A stretch of 61,113 nucleotides of DNA, from positions 1 through 61,113 of the IMG/VR virus record IMGVR_UViG_3300032050_000141; one strand, given 5' to 3'. Source of the DNA: a virus (taxonomy: Duplodnaviria; Caudoviricetes). The translations under genes were made by a program, and so were the position numbers. This document shows, piece by piece, positions 6,991-15,945 of this stretch. Position 1 is the first letter of the stretch. Every line of letters begins with the position of its first letter. Below the pieces are notes generated by a model that was given only the letters and a program-made list of their open reading frames with translations, made no database searches and had not been told where the DNA came from.

Positions 6991-8108
6991 GCCTCATGTA
7001 CCGTGTTCAGCCCGCAGTCTCTGTGCTAGTGGGCCGCCCCAAGACGGACCCGCAGATCGTCAGTCCGCAGAACTTTCTCACTAACTTCGGGCTGCATCAG
7101 TCAAAGCCCGAGTCGGAGCAGGCTCTGCGACAGTGCCCGGAACTTGTGCGTCTGGCTATTGCCTCCCACTATACATGGTGGTTCTTGGCACGGGCCCACT
7201 CGGCAGTGGTTCGCACGTTCGCCCATGCTTTCATGGCGGCGTGCAAGTCTCCGTGTGTTGCCATTTGTCAGGCATATAGCCCGGAAATCAACAACGGTCT
7301 GGCGGGAGCCGGCATCGTTTGCAATTCCCGTGGCTACGGCAATGCGGTTTACCCCGTCATGGCGTACCGAGTGCTGCATTTCTTTGGCCGGTACCTGCAA
7401 GATGCCGGGGCCAATGGGCCCAACGCCAACCTCATGCAGAAGAAAGACTGGGCGGCTTGGCTGCGTCCCGGTATGCGTGCCTACTCTGACCACCGTGGAA
7501 CGCAACACGACATGGCAGTGGGCACGGTCGGCAAAGTTGATATGGACGATTACGATACGGCAGACCGGGAGGGTGTTCTGGTTCGCTCGTCCGCCTCACG
7601 GTGGAAAGCGTACAAACACGGTGCTATCACTGCCCTGCAACCGTTCTTCTCTGGCGAACTGGTGCCGGCCGGGTATGACATGACCCCGTTCACCGGGTTC
7701 ACTATGTTCCGGGCGTGCGAGGTTCCCAAGTTGTGGATTCAGAAGCCCCGGTCCAAGCGACTGGTTGCCATGATCCCACGGTGCCTTGCATACGGGATGG
7801 AGCAGGTCGGTGAGGAACTGCCTTACGCCGTGCGGTACGTGCATGAGAGCGATGCGTGGAACCGTGCGGTGAGGAAGCAAATCAACCACTACATCGAGAA
7901 CCGCGAGCATGCCGCAATGATCGCCATGTCCAAGCGGGACTCGATCGTGGCGTGGCTCAACCAGTACGACGCGATTGCCACAGTCCACTATGCCATGCCG
8001 CAGGTGGAGGGGCGGAACGTGTGCATGGATGAGTCCAACATCGAGTTCACTGCGGCGAAGGAAGTCCACTTGCAGTTCCCCGGCCTGTGCGAAAACAACC
8101 TCGGATAA
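6987..8108 (+). CDS. Hypothetical protein
   Basis: Long ORF, ATGA coupling at 6987. Confidence 0.75.
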   Translation: MSLMYRVQPAVSVLVGRPKTDPQIVSPQNFLTNFGLHQSKPESEQALRQCPELVRLAIASHYTWWFLARAHSAVVRTFAHAFMAACKSPCVAICQAYSPEINNGLAGAGIVCNSRGYGNAVYPVMAYRVLHFFGRYLQDAGANGPNANLMQKKDWAAWLRPGMRAYSDHRGTQHDMAVGTVGKVDMDDYDTADREGVLVRSSASRWKAYKHGAITALQPFFSGELVPAGYDMTPFTGFTMFRACEVPKLWIQKPRSKRLVAMIPRCLAYGMEQVGEELPYAVRYVHESDAWNRAVRKQINHYIENREHAAMIAMSKRDSIVAWLNQYDAIATVHYAMPQVEGRNVCMDESNIEFTAAKEVHLQFPGLCENNLG

Positions 8109-8119
8109 GGAGCAGACCC

Positions 8120-9142
8120 ATGCAGTTCAACGATTACCTCACCCACTACCAACTGGCGAAGGCCGGGGAAATGGGCAATGACTTTGCGAGAGGGTTGCGG
8201 AACATCACGCCACGGGAGTTCTTCGTGGGGTACGTGCATCGGCTGGACGAAATCAGCCGGGCAAAGTTCGGCAAACCCATCGAGCAGGTTGACCCATTTA
8301 CCCCGGCCATGCTGACTATGGAAACGGAGTGGCATGAAGCCGGTCGGCCTTACTACAACCTGTGGCCCAGCATCATTCCGGCGTTGACCAAACTCCACAT
8401 GGACGCGGACTCATCGTTCTTCCGTCTGCCGCTGGATCAACTGCTGATTCGACTCCCCGTCAATGACAACTCGCTGTCGTGGGAGTGGCAGGGAAAACCC
8501 TACAGCGTTAGGGCCGTTCTCTGTGGCAACGTGCAGTTGATTACCGAAGTCAACGGCAAGGCAATGTCAGGGTGGGCTGGCAAGCAAGATCCTGCGTTGA
8601 TGAAGCGTGGCATCGCAATGTGGATCGACGCCCACGAACCACTGCCAGATGCCTATGCTGGGCTCGCCTCAAACAGGCTGCACCGCATGATGTACAAGCA
8701 TGTCGTGTGCGAGGAGGGAAAGTCCATCGAGTGGTCGTTTGACAACATCCCCGCTCACGATTCGGCGGACGTTGGCGTCAACTACCCTGACCAAGTGGTG
8801 CGGGACGTTGCCCGCATCGTGTGTACTCTCTGCCTCATGGCCGAGGACAAAGATTTGGTCGAGCCTATTGTGTTGCGGTCAGACGAGGATAAGTTTGATC
8901 GCACTGGCGACCTTGGGCTGGTGACCAAGGCCATCCGTCGCGGCAACTACGGATTCAACGTGGGCCGCAACATCGAGTGCGTTCCGCATGTTCGTTCTGC
9001 ATCGCCCGCCGCCCTGTACTGGACGGGTCCGGGCCGCAAAGTTCCTCGCATTCGGTTCCGCCGTGGAACCGTGGTTCATCGTAAGCGGTTGGCGTCGGTG
9101 CCGACCGGGTTCCTTGACATGGAGAAGGGAGAGTCGCAATGA
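8120..9142 (+). CDS. Conserved phage hypothetical protein
   Basis: TAAGGAG RBS; C-terminal PHVR...YWTGPGR..PRIR motif seen in many phage early proteins. Confidence 0.75.
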   Translation: MQFNDYLTHYQLAKAGEMGNDFARGLRNITPREFFVGYVHRLDEISRAKFGKPIEQVDPFTPAMLTMETEWHEAGRPYYNLWPSIIPALTKLHMDADSSFFRLPLDQLLIRLPVNDNSLSWEWQGKPYSVRAVLCGNVQLITEVNGKAMSGWAGKQDPALMKRGIAMWIDAHEPLPDAYAGLASNRLHRMMYKHVVCEEGKSIEWSFDNIPAHDSADVGVNYPDQVVRDVARIVCTLCLMAEDKDLVEPIVLRSDEDKFDRTGDLGLVTKAIRRGNYGFNVGRNIECVPHVRSASPAALYWTGPGRKVPRIRFRRGTVVHRKRLASVPTGFLDMEKGESQ

Positions 9143-9501
9143 AGCGTCGTTGTTTGGTCAGTAAAGAGGTGGAGTACACGGACAACAAGGCCGGCGAGTT
9201 GCTGGCGTTGATGCGTGCCGGGTTCAACGTGCAGTGGCTGGACGGGGGCGTGCCCCGGCCGCTGATGCCGGTCATCCCGGCGGCTCGCCCCTCTAGTAAT
9301 GGAGAGGCGACGATCGAGCGGCGGCAGCGTCGGGGCCGGAGGCGGGTCAACCTCACGCCGCAGGAGGTCACCGAACTGGTGGCCCTGCGGAAGAAGGGCT
9401 GCGCCACCCGGACGTTGGCGAGGAAGTTCAAGATGAGCGTGAGCGGCGTGCGTAACGCCCTGCATCGTGCCACCAAGGGGAAGGGAGGGGAGTCCGAGTG
9501 A
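9139..9501 (+). CDS. Helix-turn-helix DNA-binding protein
   Basis: LTPQEVTELVALRKKG..TRTLARKFKMSVSGVRNAL. Confidence 0.7.
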   Translation: MKRRCLVSKEVEYTDNKAGELLALMRAGFNVQWLDGGVPRPLMPVIPAARPSSNGEATIERRQRRGRRRVNLTPQEVTELVALRKKGCATRTLARKFKMSVSGVRNALHRATKGKGGESE

Positions 9502-9836
9502 AGCCTGCCGTCGAGCGTGTGACTGGATTGTTCCACGGGCTGTCGGCGCGTGAGTTGGCATTGCTAACTCACGTTGCCCGCAGCATCGAGGCAACAGGGG
9601 TCCAGCCTACGTACCGTGACATCCAGAAGTTCATGGGCTACAAGTCCACGAACTCTGTCATGTCTATCATCCAGCGCCTCTTAATGCGGGGAGTGATATG
9701 GGAGACTACTGGTCACGGCTTCGCGTTCGACTGGAAGGCGTACCTTGGGGCTGCGAAATGCGGGACTGTGAGAGGGAAACGATCCGCGTCCTTGAGCAAA
9801 TCGCTACCCGAGAGGTGCGTGGCAGAAGGACGCTGA
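9498..9836 (+). CDS. LexA-like winged-helix DNA-binding protein (no peptidase domain)
   Basis: GVQPTYRDIQKFMGYKSTNSVMSIIQRLLMRGVI matches LexA N-domain pattern. Confidence 0.75.
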   Translation: MKPAVERVTGLFHGLSARELALLTHVARSIEATGVQPTYRDIQKFMGYKSTNSVMSIIQRLLMRGVIWETTGHGFAFDWKAYLGAAKCGTVRGKRSASLSKSLPERCVAEGR

Positions 9837-10156
9837 CCACTGACCAGTGCCGGGACTTGTGCCGCATGTACGAGGCCGACCCTCTGTACGTGAGGTACGT
9901 GTTCCCGAAGGATTTGCAGCAGGCGTTGGGGCTGTACGGAAACCGGAAGCGGAACGTGCAGATGAATGCCCTGCTAATTTCCTACCTGTTCCGTGCGGCA
10001 GAGGGTTTGGTCGCACTGAACGTGGGCAGGAAGATGGCGTTTGGGCTGTTGGCCATGCTGGATTTCGATACCCGGGCGCGTGCCCTACGGATGGCCGGCA
10101 AGTGGAGAAGGCAAAGGGAGAGAGAACGCGATGAGCAAGAGGAGGGCGGCAGGTAA
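9758..10156 (+). CDS. Hypothetical protein
   Basis: ORF in coupled gene string. Confidence 0.55.
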   Translation: MRDCERETIRVLEQIATREVRGRRTLTTDQCRDLCRMYEADPLYVRYVFPKDLQQALGLYGNRKRNVQMNALLISYLFRAAEGLVALNVGRKMAFGLLAMLDFDTRARALRMAGKWRRQRERERDEQEEGGR

Positions 10157-10400
10157 GAAGGCAAGGCCACAGGCCATGCCGTTCTTTAACCTGCGGCTGA
10201 ATGAGGAAGACCTGTCGCACCTGCGATGGCTCTTGGAGGGGGACTGCCAGATGAACCGCGAGTTCATGCAGGAACCCATCAAGGGGAAGAAGTCGCTGGA
10301 GGATTGGGTCATAGCCCGGGACATGCTGTGCTACAGCGCCCGGGTCATCGCCATGATCGACAAGGTGTGCCCGCAGATTGCGAAGCGGGCAGCGAAGTGA
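10131..10400 (+). CDS. Hypothetical protein
   Basis: ORF MSKRRAAGKK..., followed by terminator. Confidence 0.6.
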   Translation: MSKRRAAGKKARPQAMPFFNLRLNEEDLSHLRWLLEGDCQMNREFMQEPIKGKKSLEDWVIARDMLCYSARVIAMIDKVCPQIAKRAAK

Positions 10401-10409
10401 TGAGCAATC

Positions 10410-10452
10410 GGGGCGGGGGTCACGATGGCGTGGCTCCCGCCCCTTTCTTTTT
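10410..10452 (+). terminator. Rho-independent terminator
   Basis: ggggcgggggtcacg/cgtggctcccgcccc stem followed by TTTCTTTTT. Confidence 0.8.
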
Positions 10453-10473
10453 CCCCAACTAAAGGAGAGTCCG

Positions 10474-11241
10474 ATGAGCCGGGCGTTTCTTTACGGCAGA
10501 CACAGCACCGACAAGCAGGAGTTGACGGAGGATGTCCAGCGTGACCTGTGCATGCGGTACTTCAAGCAGGAGTTGGAGCCGGATGGCGTGACGCTGGCGC
10601 CGCCCGGCTGGTTCTACGATGAGGCACTGACTTCAGCCATTATGTTCGGGGAGCGGGAGCAGGGGCGTATCGTCCTCGCTTCGCTCCAGCCGGGCGACCA
10701 TTTGGTGGTGGCGAAGTGGCATCGGCCGTTCCGTTCTGTCAGGGACGGGGAGAATACGCTGCACCAGTTGTCCCTGCGGAACGTGCAGTTCCATGCGGTG
10801 GACTTTCCCATCGACACGACCAAGGCCCACGGCAGGTTTGTGCGTCGGGTGACGATGGCGGCTGACCAGTTGTGGCGTGAGGTTTCGCAGGAGTCGGTGC
10901 GGGAAACGATTGCCTACCGCAAGTCGCTCGGCCTGCCGTTCAGCCGGGGCGTGCCGATTGGATGGAAGGCAGTCGGTCGCCGGCCCCGGCGGGTATTCAA
11001 GGTAGACATGCAGGAGCGGGCACTGGCCGACCACATCTGTCGGCTCTATGCTGGCGGCATGTCGATGGAAGCCATCGCACTGTGGGGTTATTCGCAAACC
11101 CAGTTCCCCAACAAGCGGCAGTTCAAGAGCCGGGAGGCTGTGAAGTGGGTCATCAACGCCCACTCCACCGGGTTCCCGAAGATCACTGGGTACAAGACCC
11201 TGCGTCGGGCAATCAAACTAGGGCAGATTGGACTCTGCTGA
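10474..11241 (+). CDS. Serine recombinase (resolvase domain plus short recombinase-like C-terminus)
   Basis: YGRHSTDKQ catalytic motif, GDHLVVAKWHRPFRS, PIGW; AAGGAG RBS. Confidence 0.8.
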   Translation: MSRAFLYGRHSTDKQELTEDVQRDLCMRYFKQELEPDGVTLAPPGWFYDEALTSAIMFGEREQGRIVLASLQPGDHLVVAKWHRPFRSVRDGENTLHQLSLRNVQFHAVDFPIDTTKAHGRFVRRVTMAADQLWREVSQESVRETIAYRKSLGLPFSRGVPIGWKAVGRRPRRVFKVDMQERALADHICRLYAGGMSMEAIALWGYSQTQFPNKRQFKSREAVKWVINAHSTGFPKITGYKTLRRAIKLGQIGLC

Positions 11242-11739
11242 TCGAAGCCTGTCGATAGCCTCACGCACCCGCTTGGCTATGGTCCGTGGGTCAAGCCCTT
11301 GCTCCAGACCCAGTTGCTCTAACGTCACTGCCTCAATGAGCCGGTCTTCTAACAGCGTCCGATCGTAGGCAGACAACATGCGGATTGCCTTGAGAGCCCG
11401 CATTTCCTGACGGGTTCTGTGCCCTGCCGGCTCGGGGTCCAGAATCTTCTCGACCGTCACGTACCTCCCGTCCTGCCTCGCCTGCGTCAGCACCTCCCGG
11501 TACAAAGCGTGCCGTATTGCAGACCCGAAGTAGGTTGTTGGCTGGGACTTCTCTGGCTTATACGTGGTCGCCGCCATGACGATGGCGTGCATGGCCACGC
11601 TCTCCAAGTCCACCCGCCTCGCACTCTGGCGTAGGTCCGGGTTCCTCTTGAGGAACGATGCTATTGCCGGCTTGCAGAACCGCAGGCTTTCTTCCGCCAT
11701 GCGCTGCTGTGCTGCCGTCAGTCGCCGGCGTTTTCTCAT
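11218..11739 (-). CDS. Sigma-70-like factor (region 2 + region 4 HTH)
   Basis: DLESVAMHAIVMAATTYKPEKSQPTTY...IRHAL and TLEQLGLEQGLDPRTIAKRVREAIDRLR. Confidence 0.75.
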   Translation of the reverse strand: MRKRRRLTAAQQRMAEESLRFCKPAIASFLKRNPDLRQSARRVDLESVAMHAIVMAATTYKPEKSQPTTYFGSAIRHALYREVLTQARQDGRYVTVEKILDPEPAGHRTRQEMRALKAIRMLSAYDRTLLEDRLIEAVTLEQLGLEQGLDPRTIAKRVREAIDRLRSAESNLP

Positions 11740-11993
11740 TTATCGTTGGAGAGTCTGATGAGCGTGTCCAGTTTCTCCCCGATGTTCACTAACTCATTGG
11801 CCTGCCGCTCTTGGGCATTGGTGATCTTCTGCACCACCGAGAAGTGGGCGTCGAGCAGTGGCTGCACAACGTCGTGCTTCGCCCAGTACAGGACGAACAG
11901 CAGCACCACCACCGGGATGCCGAAGCGTTCCGCTACCCGGTAAAAGAACTCCCAGTGCGGAGTTACCGGGGGGTGGTCGCCGGCAGCGGGCAC
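11736..11993 (-). CDS. Holin-like membrane protein (start uncertain)
   Basis: RFGIPVVVLLFVLYW TM segment then coiled-coil; nearest canonical start GTG 11993. Confidence 0.55.
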   Translation of the reverse strand: MPAAGDHPPVTPHWEFFYRVAERFGIPVVVLLFVLYWAKHDVVQPLLDAHFSVVQKITNAQERQANELVNIGEKLDTLIRLSNDK

Positions 11994-12163
11994 TTGCCCG
12001 TGGTACACGCCGGCGCTGGCGGTGCCTGCACCTGCTGTTTGGAAGGAGAGGGTTGGGGCTCCGGCTTCGGACGAGTGGATGCCGCTATGCCCGCTTGAAC
12101 CGCCATGTCGATCTGCCATGCCAGCACCACCAGTTGAAGGAGAACCAAGCCAAACCGTTTCAT
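11963..12163 (-). CDS. Small secreted/membrane protein with CTTGKCP motif
   Basis: MKRFGLVLLQLVVLAW signal; ATGA coupling. Confidence 0.65.
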   Translation of the reverse strand: MKRFGLVLLQLVVLAWQIDMAVQAGIAASTRPKPEPQPSPSKQQVQAPPAPACTTGKCPLPATTPR

Positions 12164-13161
12164 ACGATGCCCCCAAGTCCCCAGTCGGGGAGTCTGTTTG
12201 CTGGCCAACCCTTGCTTGGACCGACAGCCACCATGTATCGGTCCTTGAAGTCCTCCCATCGTGCCCAAAAAGAACCGGGCGGAATCTTGTGCGGCGTCCC
12301 ATGCACGGCGTCGGGGCCGGACAGGTAGTTTGCTGGCCAACTGTTCTGGATAAGCAGCAGCCCGCACCCATACTTGCTGACGGTTTCGGGGCGATCGTCC
12401 GCTGCCGTCGCCGCCATTGCGTGGGCCCACGAATCGCGTGGGTTCAGGGCACACACGCCCCAGTCATCACGCTTGTCAACGAACGCCTCGCTGCCGCACG
12501 TTGACAGGGCGTAGCCATTGGCCAGCATGTCCCGGGCCTGCTCCCACGTTTTCACTACCGTGGCGTTGGAGCAGATATGCCTGCGGCAAACCTCTTGCAC
12601 GTTCTCTGGTGGAGGGCTGGCACCCCACCGCCCCTCGGTGCTGACGTTGTATTCCGTCAGGTTTATCCCAATCTCGGGGTAGTTCTGACGCAGCAACAGC
12701 CCGCACTTCTCGATGAGAACTTGGGCGGCGGCAGAGCATTGCCACCCATCGCTACCGTGACCACGGAACCAATAGATTCCCTCTGTGCTGGCAACGCCAT
12801 TGGCAATTGCTGTTTTGGAAACGGTGGGGATAGCAAACCGCTCCTCGTTTTGGCCGTACAGAACGTAGGCGCAGTACGAAGTCAGGGCCGCATTGCGACT
12901 CGACCACGCCACGCATGAGCCACGCTTCTGGTATCCGCCCGGGAAGCAGCCCGGGTACAGGATCGTGGCTGCGGAGTAGGTCAGCCAGAGTTTGCCGGCA
13001 CCGCTGTTGCGGAGCCCGTAGTCATCGCACGCATCGCCGGCGTCGGCGTACCCGCCGTGGGCCGTGAGGAATGAGGCCAGTTCGGCATCGGCCTTGGGGT
13101 CTGGAACAAACCCCTTGAGCCTGCCGCTCTCGTAATCCAGAACGATCTGCGGCTTGCTCAT
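12160..13161 (-). CDS. Papain-like (C1 family) cysteine peptidase
   Basis: QKRGSCVAWS (Gln/Cys), WAHAM (His), IQNSW (Asn), GSFW. Confidence 0.8.
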   Translation of the reverse strand: MSKPQIVLDYESGRLKGFVPDPKADAELASFLTAHGGYADAGDACDDYGLRNSGAGKLWLTYSAATILYPGCFPGGYQKRGSCVAWSSRNAALTSYCAYVLYGQNEERFAIPTVSKTAIANGVASTEGIYWFRGHGSDGWQCSAAAQVLIEKCGLLLRQNYPEIGINLTEYNVSTEGRWGASPPPENVQEVCRRHICSNATVVKTWEQARDMLANGYALSTCGSEAFVDKRDDWGVCALNPRDSWAHAMAATAADDRPETVSKYGCGLLLIQNSWPANYLSGPDAVHGTPHKIPPGSFWARWEDFKDRYMVAVGPSKGWPANRLPDWGLGGIV

Positions 13162-13574
13162 TTCAGGGAGGCGCTGATGTCGAGGAAGGTCTGTGCAGCC
13201 TGTTGCTGCAAGGCCGGATTCAGCGGGATGTCCGCGTCACCAATGCCCCTGTTGACCTCCCCCTCCAACGCCTCCCTCAACCCCGGGTACTTGCCCGGTT
13301 GGTTGTCGAACACGCCACGCCACACCACCAGCAATGCAGCACGGTGGGCACGGCGGATAGATGCAGTGTCAGTAAACACCGGCTCGTCTGCCGGGTTGGC
13401 TTGGATAGCACGGCCAATGATTGCGTAGCCGTCCGATATTCCAGACCTTTCTGCGGCAGTCATCTTCCGTGCGTATGCCGCGAGTCCGGCCATGGGTTTG
13501 GCCGCAGACTCGGGCGGCTGTCGCACCACAAAGTAGCCGACGCCAATCAGCAGGCACAGCAGCAGCCGGTTCAT
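13158..13574 (-). CDS. Membrane-anchored hypothetical protein
   Basis: MNRLLLCLLIGVGYFVV N-terminal TM. Confidence 0.7.
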   Translation of the reverse strand: MNRLLLCLLIGVGYFVVRQPPESAAKPMAGLAAYARKMTAAERSGISDGYAIIGRAIQANPADEPVFTDTASIRRAHRAALLVVWRGVFDNQPGKYPGLREALEGEVNRGIGDADIPLNPALQQQAAQTFLDISASLK

Positions 13575-13852
13575 TTCTTCGGGCCCCCGCCAAGGAGTTC
13601 CCAAATCAATTCGCGGCAGAGTTTCAGGGCGGCGGCTTGGTCTGGCATGGACTCCAGTTCGGACTGGAGAACCATGAGCCGGATGACCCAATGCTCCCGG
13701 TGGCTGGCCGAGTCAGGCTTATGCAGGCCCGGCAGGAAGGGGAACTTCAGGCCACGGGCCGCCGCCCTCGCTGCGGTCAGCAGCAGAGGGCCGGCGGCCA
13801 CGACTGCGATGCAGCCGATCACGATGTAGTCGGTGGGCGTCAGCGTCAGCAT
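13571..13852 (-). CDS. Membrane protein
   Basis: YIVIGCIAVVAAGPLLL TM. Confidence 0.7.
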   Translation of the reverse strand: MLTLTPTDYIVIGCIAVVAAGPLLLTAARAAARGLKFPFLPGLHKPDSASHREHWVIRLMVLQSELESMPDQAAALKLCRELIWELLGGGPKK

Positions 13853-13853
13853 G

Positions 13854-14153
13854 TCACACCTGCGGTGCGGGAGCCGGGGTCGGGGCTGGAGTCGGCCGGT
13901 TCAGGGCCTTGTCCAGAACGTCTGCCAGATAGTCTAGCAGTTGTGCCCCCGCCGGCGTGAGCAATACCGCACGCAGGTGGTTCAGCAGGTCGTTGTCGAT
14001 GCCCGTCGGGGTCTTGGCTGCGAGGAAGTCCAGCAGGTCGAGAGCCCGATACACCCGATCCTTCCCCGGCGTGGCCGTGGAAATGGCGATCAAGTGGTTG
14101 AGAACTGGGGACCACTGGAGAAGGATGGTGATTTTTTGCGCGACAGATGGCAT
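13854..14153 (-). CDS. Hypothetical protein (TPTGIDND motif, lysis-cassette type)
   Basis: ATG 14153; amphipathic helices. Confidence 0.6.
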   Translation of the reverse strand: MPSVAQKITILLQWSPVLNHLIAISTATPGKDRVYRALDLLDFLAAKTPTGIDNDLLNHLRAVLLTPAGAQLLDYLADVLDKALNRPTPAPTPAPAPQV

Positions 14154-14527
14154 GGTTCGTACTTCCCGAAGATGAGGCCGGATTTCTCCCTGTTTATGGG
14201 AGGCTTGGCCCGGGTTTCCGCATGCCGTAACAGCCCTGTTTTCGCGTATTCCTCGTCCAGTTCTAGGGTTTCGCAGGCCGACCGGAAGGTAATGATTCCG
14301 GTGCCGTTGTTCATCCAGCGAAGGGCAGTCTGCCTTTGGGTGGCGTTCTGTTTTCGGTCGTGGTGGTGGCAGTGCAGGAGGTTGGCTGTACGCAACAGCA
14401 TCATGGCGCACAGGGAACGCCAGATGCCGGCCAGTTCGTCGCGGTTGAACGGAGATAGTTCCGCGTCAATGACCTGCTCCATTGCGGGGTCCAGAACCTC
14501 CACCTCCACCTCCAGTTCGTCCTCCAT
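14090..14527 (-). CDS. Hypothetical protein
   Basis: 145-aa ORF; ITFRSACETLELD motif. Confidence 0.65.
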   Translation of the reverse strand: MEDELEVEVEVLDPAMEQVIDAELSPFNRDELAGIWRSLCAMMLLRTANLLHCHHHDRKQNATQRQTALRWMNNGTGIITFRSACETLELDEEYAKTGLLRHAETRAKPPINREKSGLIFGKYEPCHLSRKKSPSFSSGPQFSTT

Positions 14528-14810
14528 GCTTCGCTTCCTCCAGCGATCGAATGTGAAACTGCAAGTACCACAACGCTTTCTTCAAATCGGGCAGCGGGTC
14601 CGGGCTCTTGAGCCCTGCCCTCCACACGTATTTGATAACGTTGCCAAGCGAAAAACAGAACCCGCTTGTGATGGTGATGGCCTCTATCCCGGACGGGTGG
14701 GCCGTGTAGTGAGCGGGGTGGTTCACCTGCTCGTTCTTGATGTCCGTTGACTCCTCCTCTTTGAAGTTTCTGGAGAACTTCCAGAGGGACGGCTGCGGTT
14801 CAAATGGCAT
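14466..14810 (-). CDS. DUF3310 (SaV-like) protein
   Basis: VNHPAHYT..GIEAI...FSLGNVIKYVWRAGLK...DLKKALWYL. Confidence 0.85.
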   Translation of the reverse strand: MPFEPQPSLWKFSRNFKEEESTDIKNEQVNHPAHYTAHPSGIEAITITSGFCFSLGNVIKYVWRAGLKSPDPLPDLKKALWYLQFHIRSLEEAKHGGRTGGGGGGSGPRNGAGH

Positions 14811-14943
14811 GGCTCAAAACTCCTCCCGTTCGTCAGGCAACTGGCAACTATCTGATTGGCTAGGCTTGCGCAGCGGCAGAGCAATGAAGCATCGCTGGCC
14901 TTTGCGTCGGGCTCGGTCGAGAAGCCATGCAATAAAAGGAACG

Positions 14944-15246
14944 TCACTCGCCTCGGTATTCCTTGGTGATTCGGGCGAGGATAGACCAGAAGACGGCATC
15001 GTGGACATCCTCCCCGTCATACGGAACCGGGCATTCGTGCCGCAGTACGTGAGCCCATTCCTCCAGCAGAGTCTCGGACATCATGTGTTCCGATGCCTTG
15101 CTGATTTTGATGCTTGCCTTTTCGCTTGTTACGTGACACAGGCCGTGCATCCCCGGCAGGCTGGCCACCACCCTCACCCTGACTGGCGTTCGCGTGGGGA
15201 AGTGGCGGCGAAGCCAACGCAGCACCTTGCGCAACATCGTAGGCAT
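14944..15246 (-). CDS. Minimal zincin-like protein (EExxH variant)
   Basis: HGLC...IKI...ETLLEEWAHVL...HDAVFW. Confidence 0.55.
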   Translation of the reverse strand: MPTMLRKVLRWLRRHFPTRTPVRVRVVASLPGMHGLCHVTSEKASIKISKASEHMMSETLLEEWAHVLRHECPVPYDGEDVHDAVFWSILARITKEYRGE

Positions 15247-15565
15247 GGACGAGTCTCGGCAAATCCGAAAGCCGAATGGTCAGCAGCCACCCCACCGGAC
15301 TACGGTTTGTCCGATGGAGTAGGACCGGGCACCGGCGCCCGCACTGCTCCGTGGCTTTCTTCATGGTTTTTGGTACGGACAGGGCCTGAACCCGCTTCAC
15401 CTCCACCCACAAACTCGGAGCCTCCGTGATTCGCAGGTCGGCGCTGTCCTCGGAGTTGCCGCAATGCTGGGCGGTTCTCCCGCAATTCCAGCCAAACGTT
15501 GTCCGCAGCACTTCTGCGGCTTCCAGTTCCCCGACCTTCCCCTTCCGCCGGCTGTTTATGGCCAT
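15017..15565 (-). CDS. Holliday-junction resolvase-like PD-(D/E)XK nuclease
   Basis: NSRRKGKVGELE, ADL, WVEVKR, PVLLHR. Confidence 0.75.
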   Translation of the reverse strand: MAINSRRKGKVGELEAAEVLRTTFGWNCGRTAQHCGNSEDSADLRITEAPSLWVEVKRVQALSVPKTMKKATEQCGRRCPVLLHRTNRSPVGWLLTIRLSDLPRLVHAYDVAQGAALASPPLPHANASQGEGGGQPAGDARPVSRNKRKGKHQNQQGIGTHDVRDSAGGMGSRTAARMPGSV

Positions 15566-15945
15566 GGGTCACCCCCGTTCCTGCGTCGGTCATCGAGAAA
15601 CTTCTTGGGAATCGGCTCGGGTTCGTAGGGCAACGCCTTCCTGCGGCGAAGCGAAGCCAACTTCTCAACGTCCACGTACCCGTCAACTTCTTCTTTGGCC
15701 GTGAGGCACGCCCCCTTCGGTATATCGCCGTAGTCGGGGAGTTTGTTGTGGACCGCGTGGTGGCAGCGGCAGCACAGAGCAAGGTAGTTCTCTGGAATGT
15801 TCTTTCTTCCAGCCCCGCCCACGATATGGTGGAGTTCCATCCACCGCCCCTTTCGCATGCTGGGCCAGTGGCAGATGGCGCACCGGTCGTTCAGAAGCAT
15901 GTATTCGTGGGGGTCTAGGATTTCTTCCGGCTGTTCATTGCTCAT
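15556..15945 (-). CDS. HNH endonuclease
   Basis: CAIC...ELHHI...NYLALCCRCHHAVH. Confidence 0.8.
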   Translation of the reverse strand: MSNEQPEEILDPHEYMLLNDRCAICHWPSMRKGRWMELHHIVGGAGRKNIPENYLALCCRCHHAVHNKLPDYGDIPKGACLTAKEEVDGYVDVEKLASLRRRKALPYEPEPIPKKFLDDRRRNGGDPWP

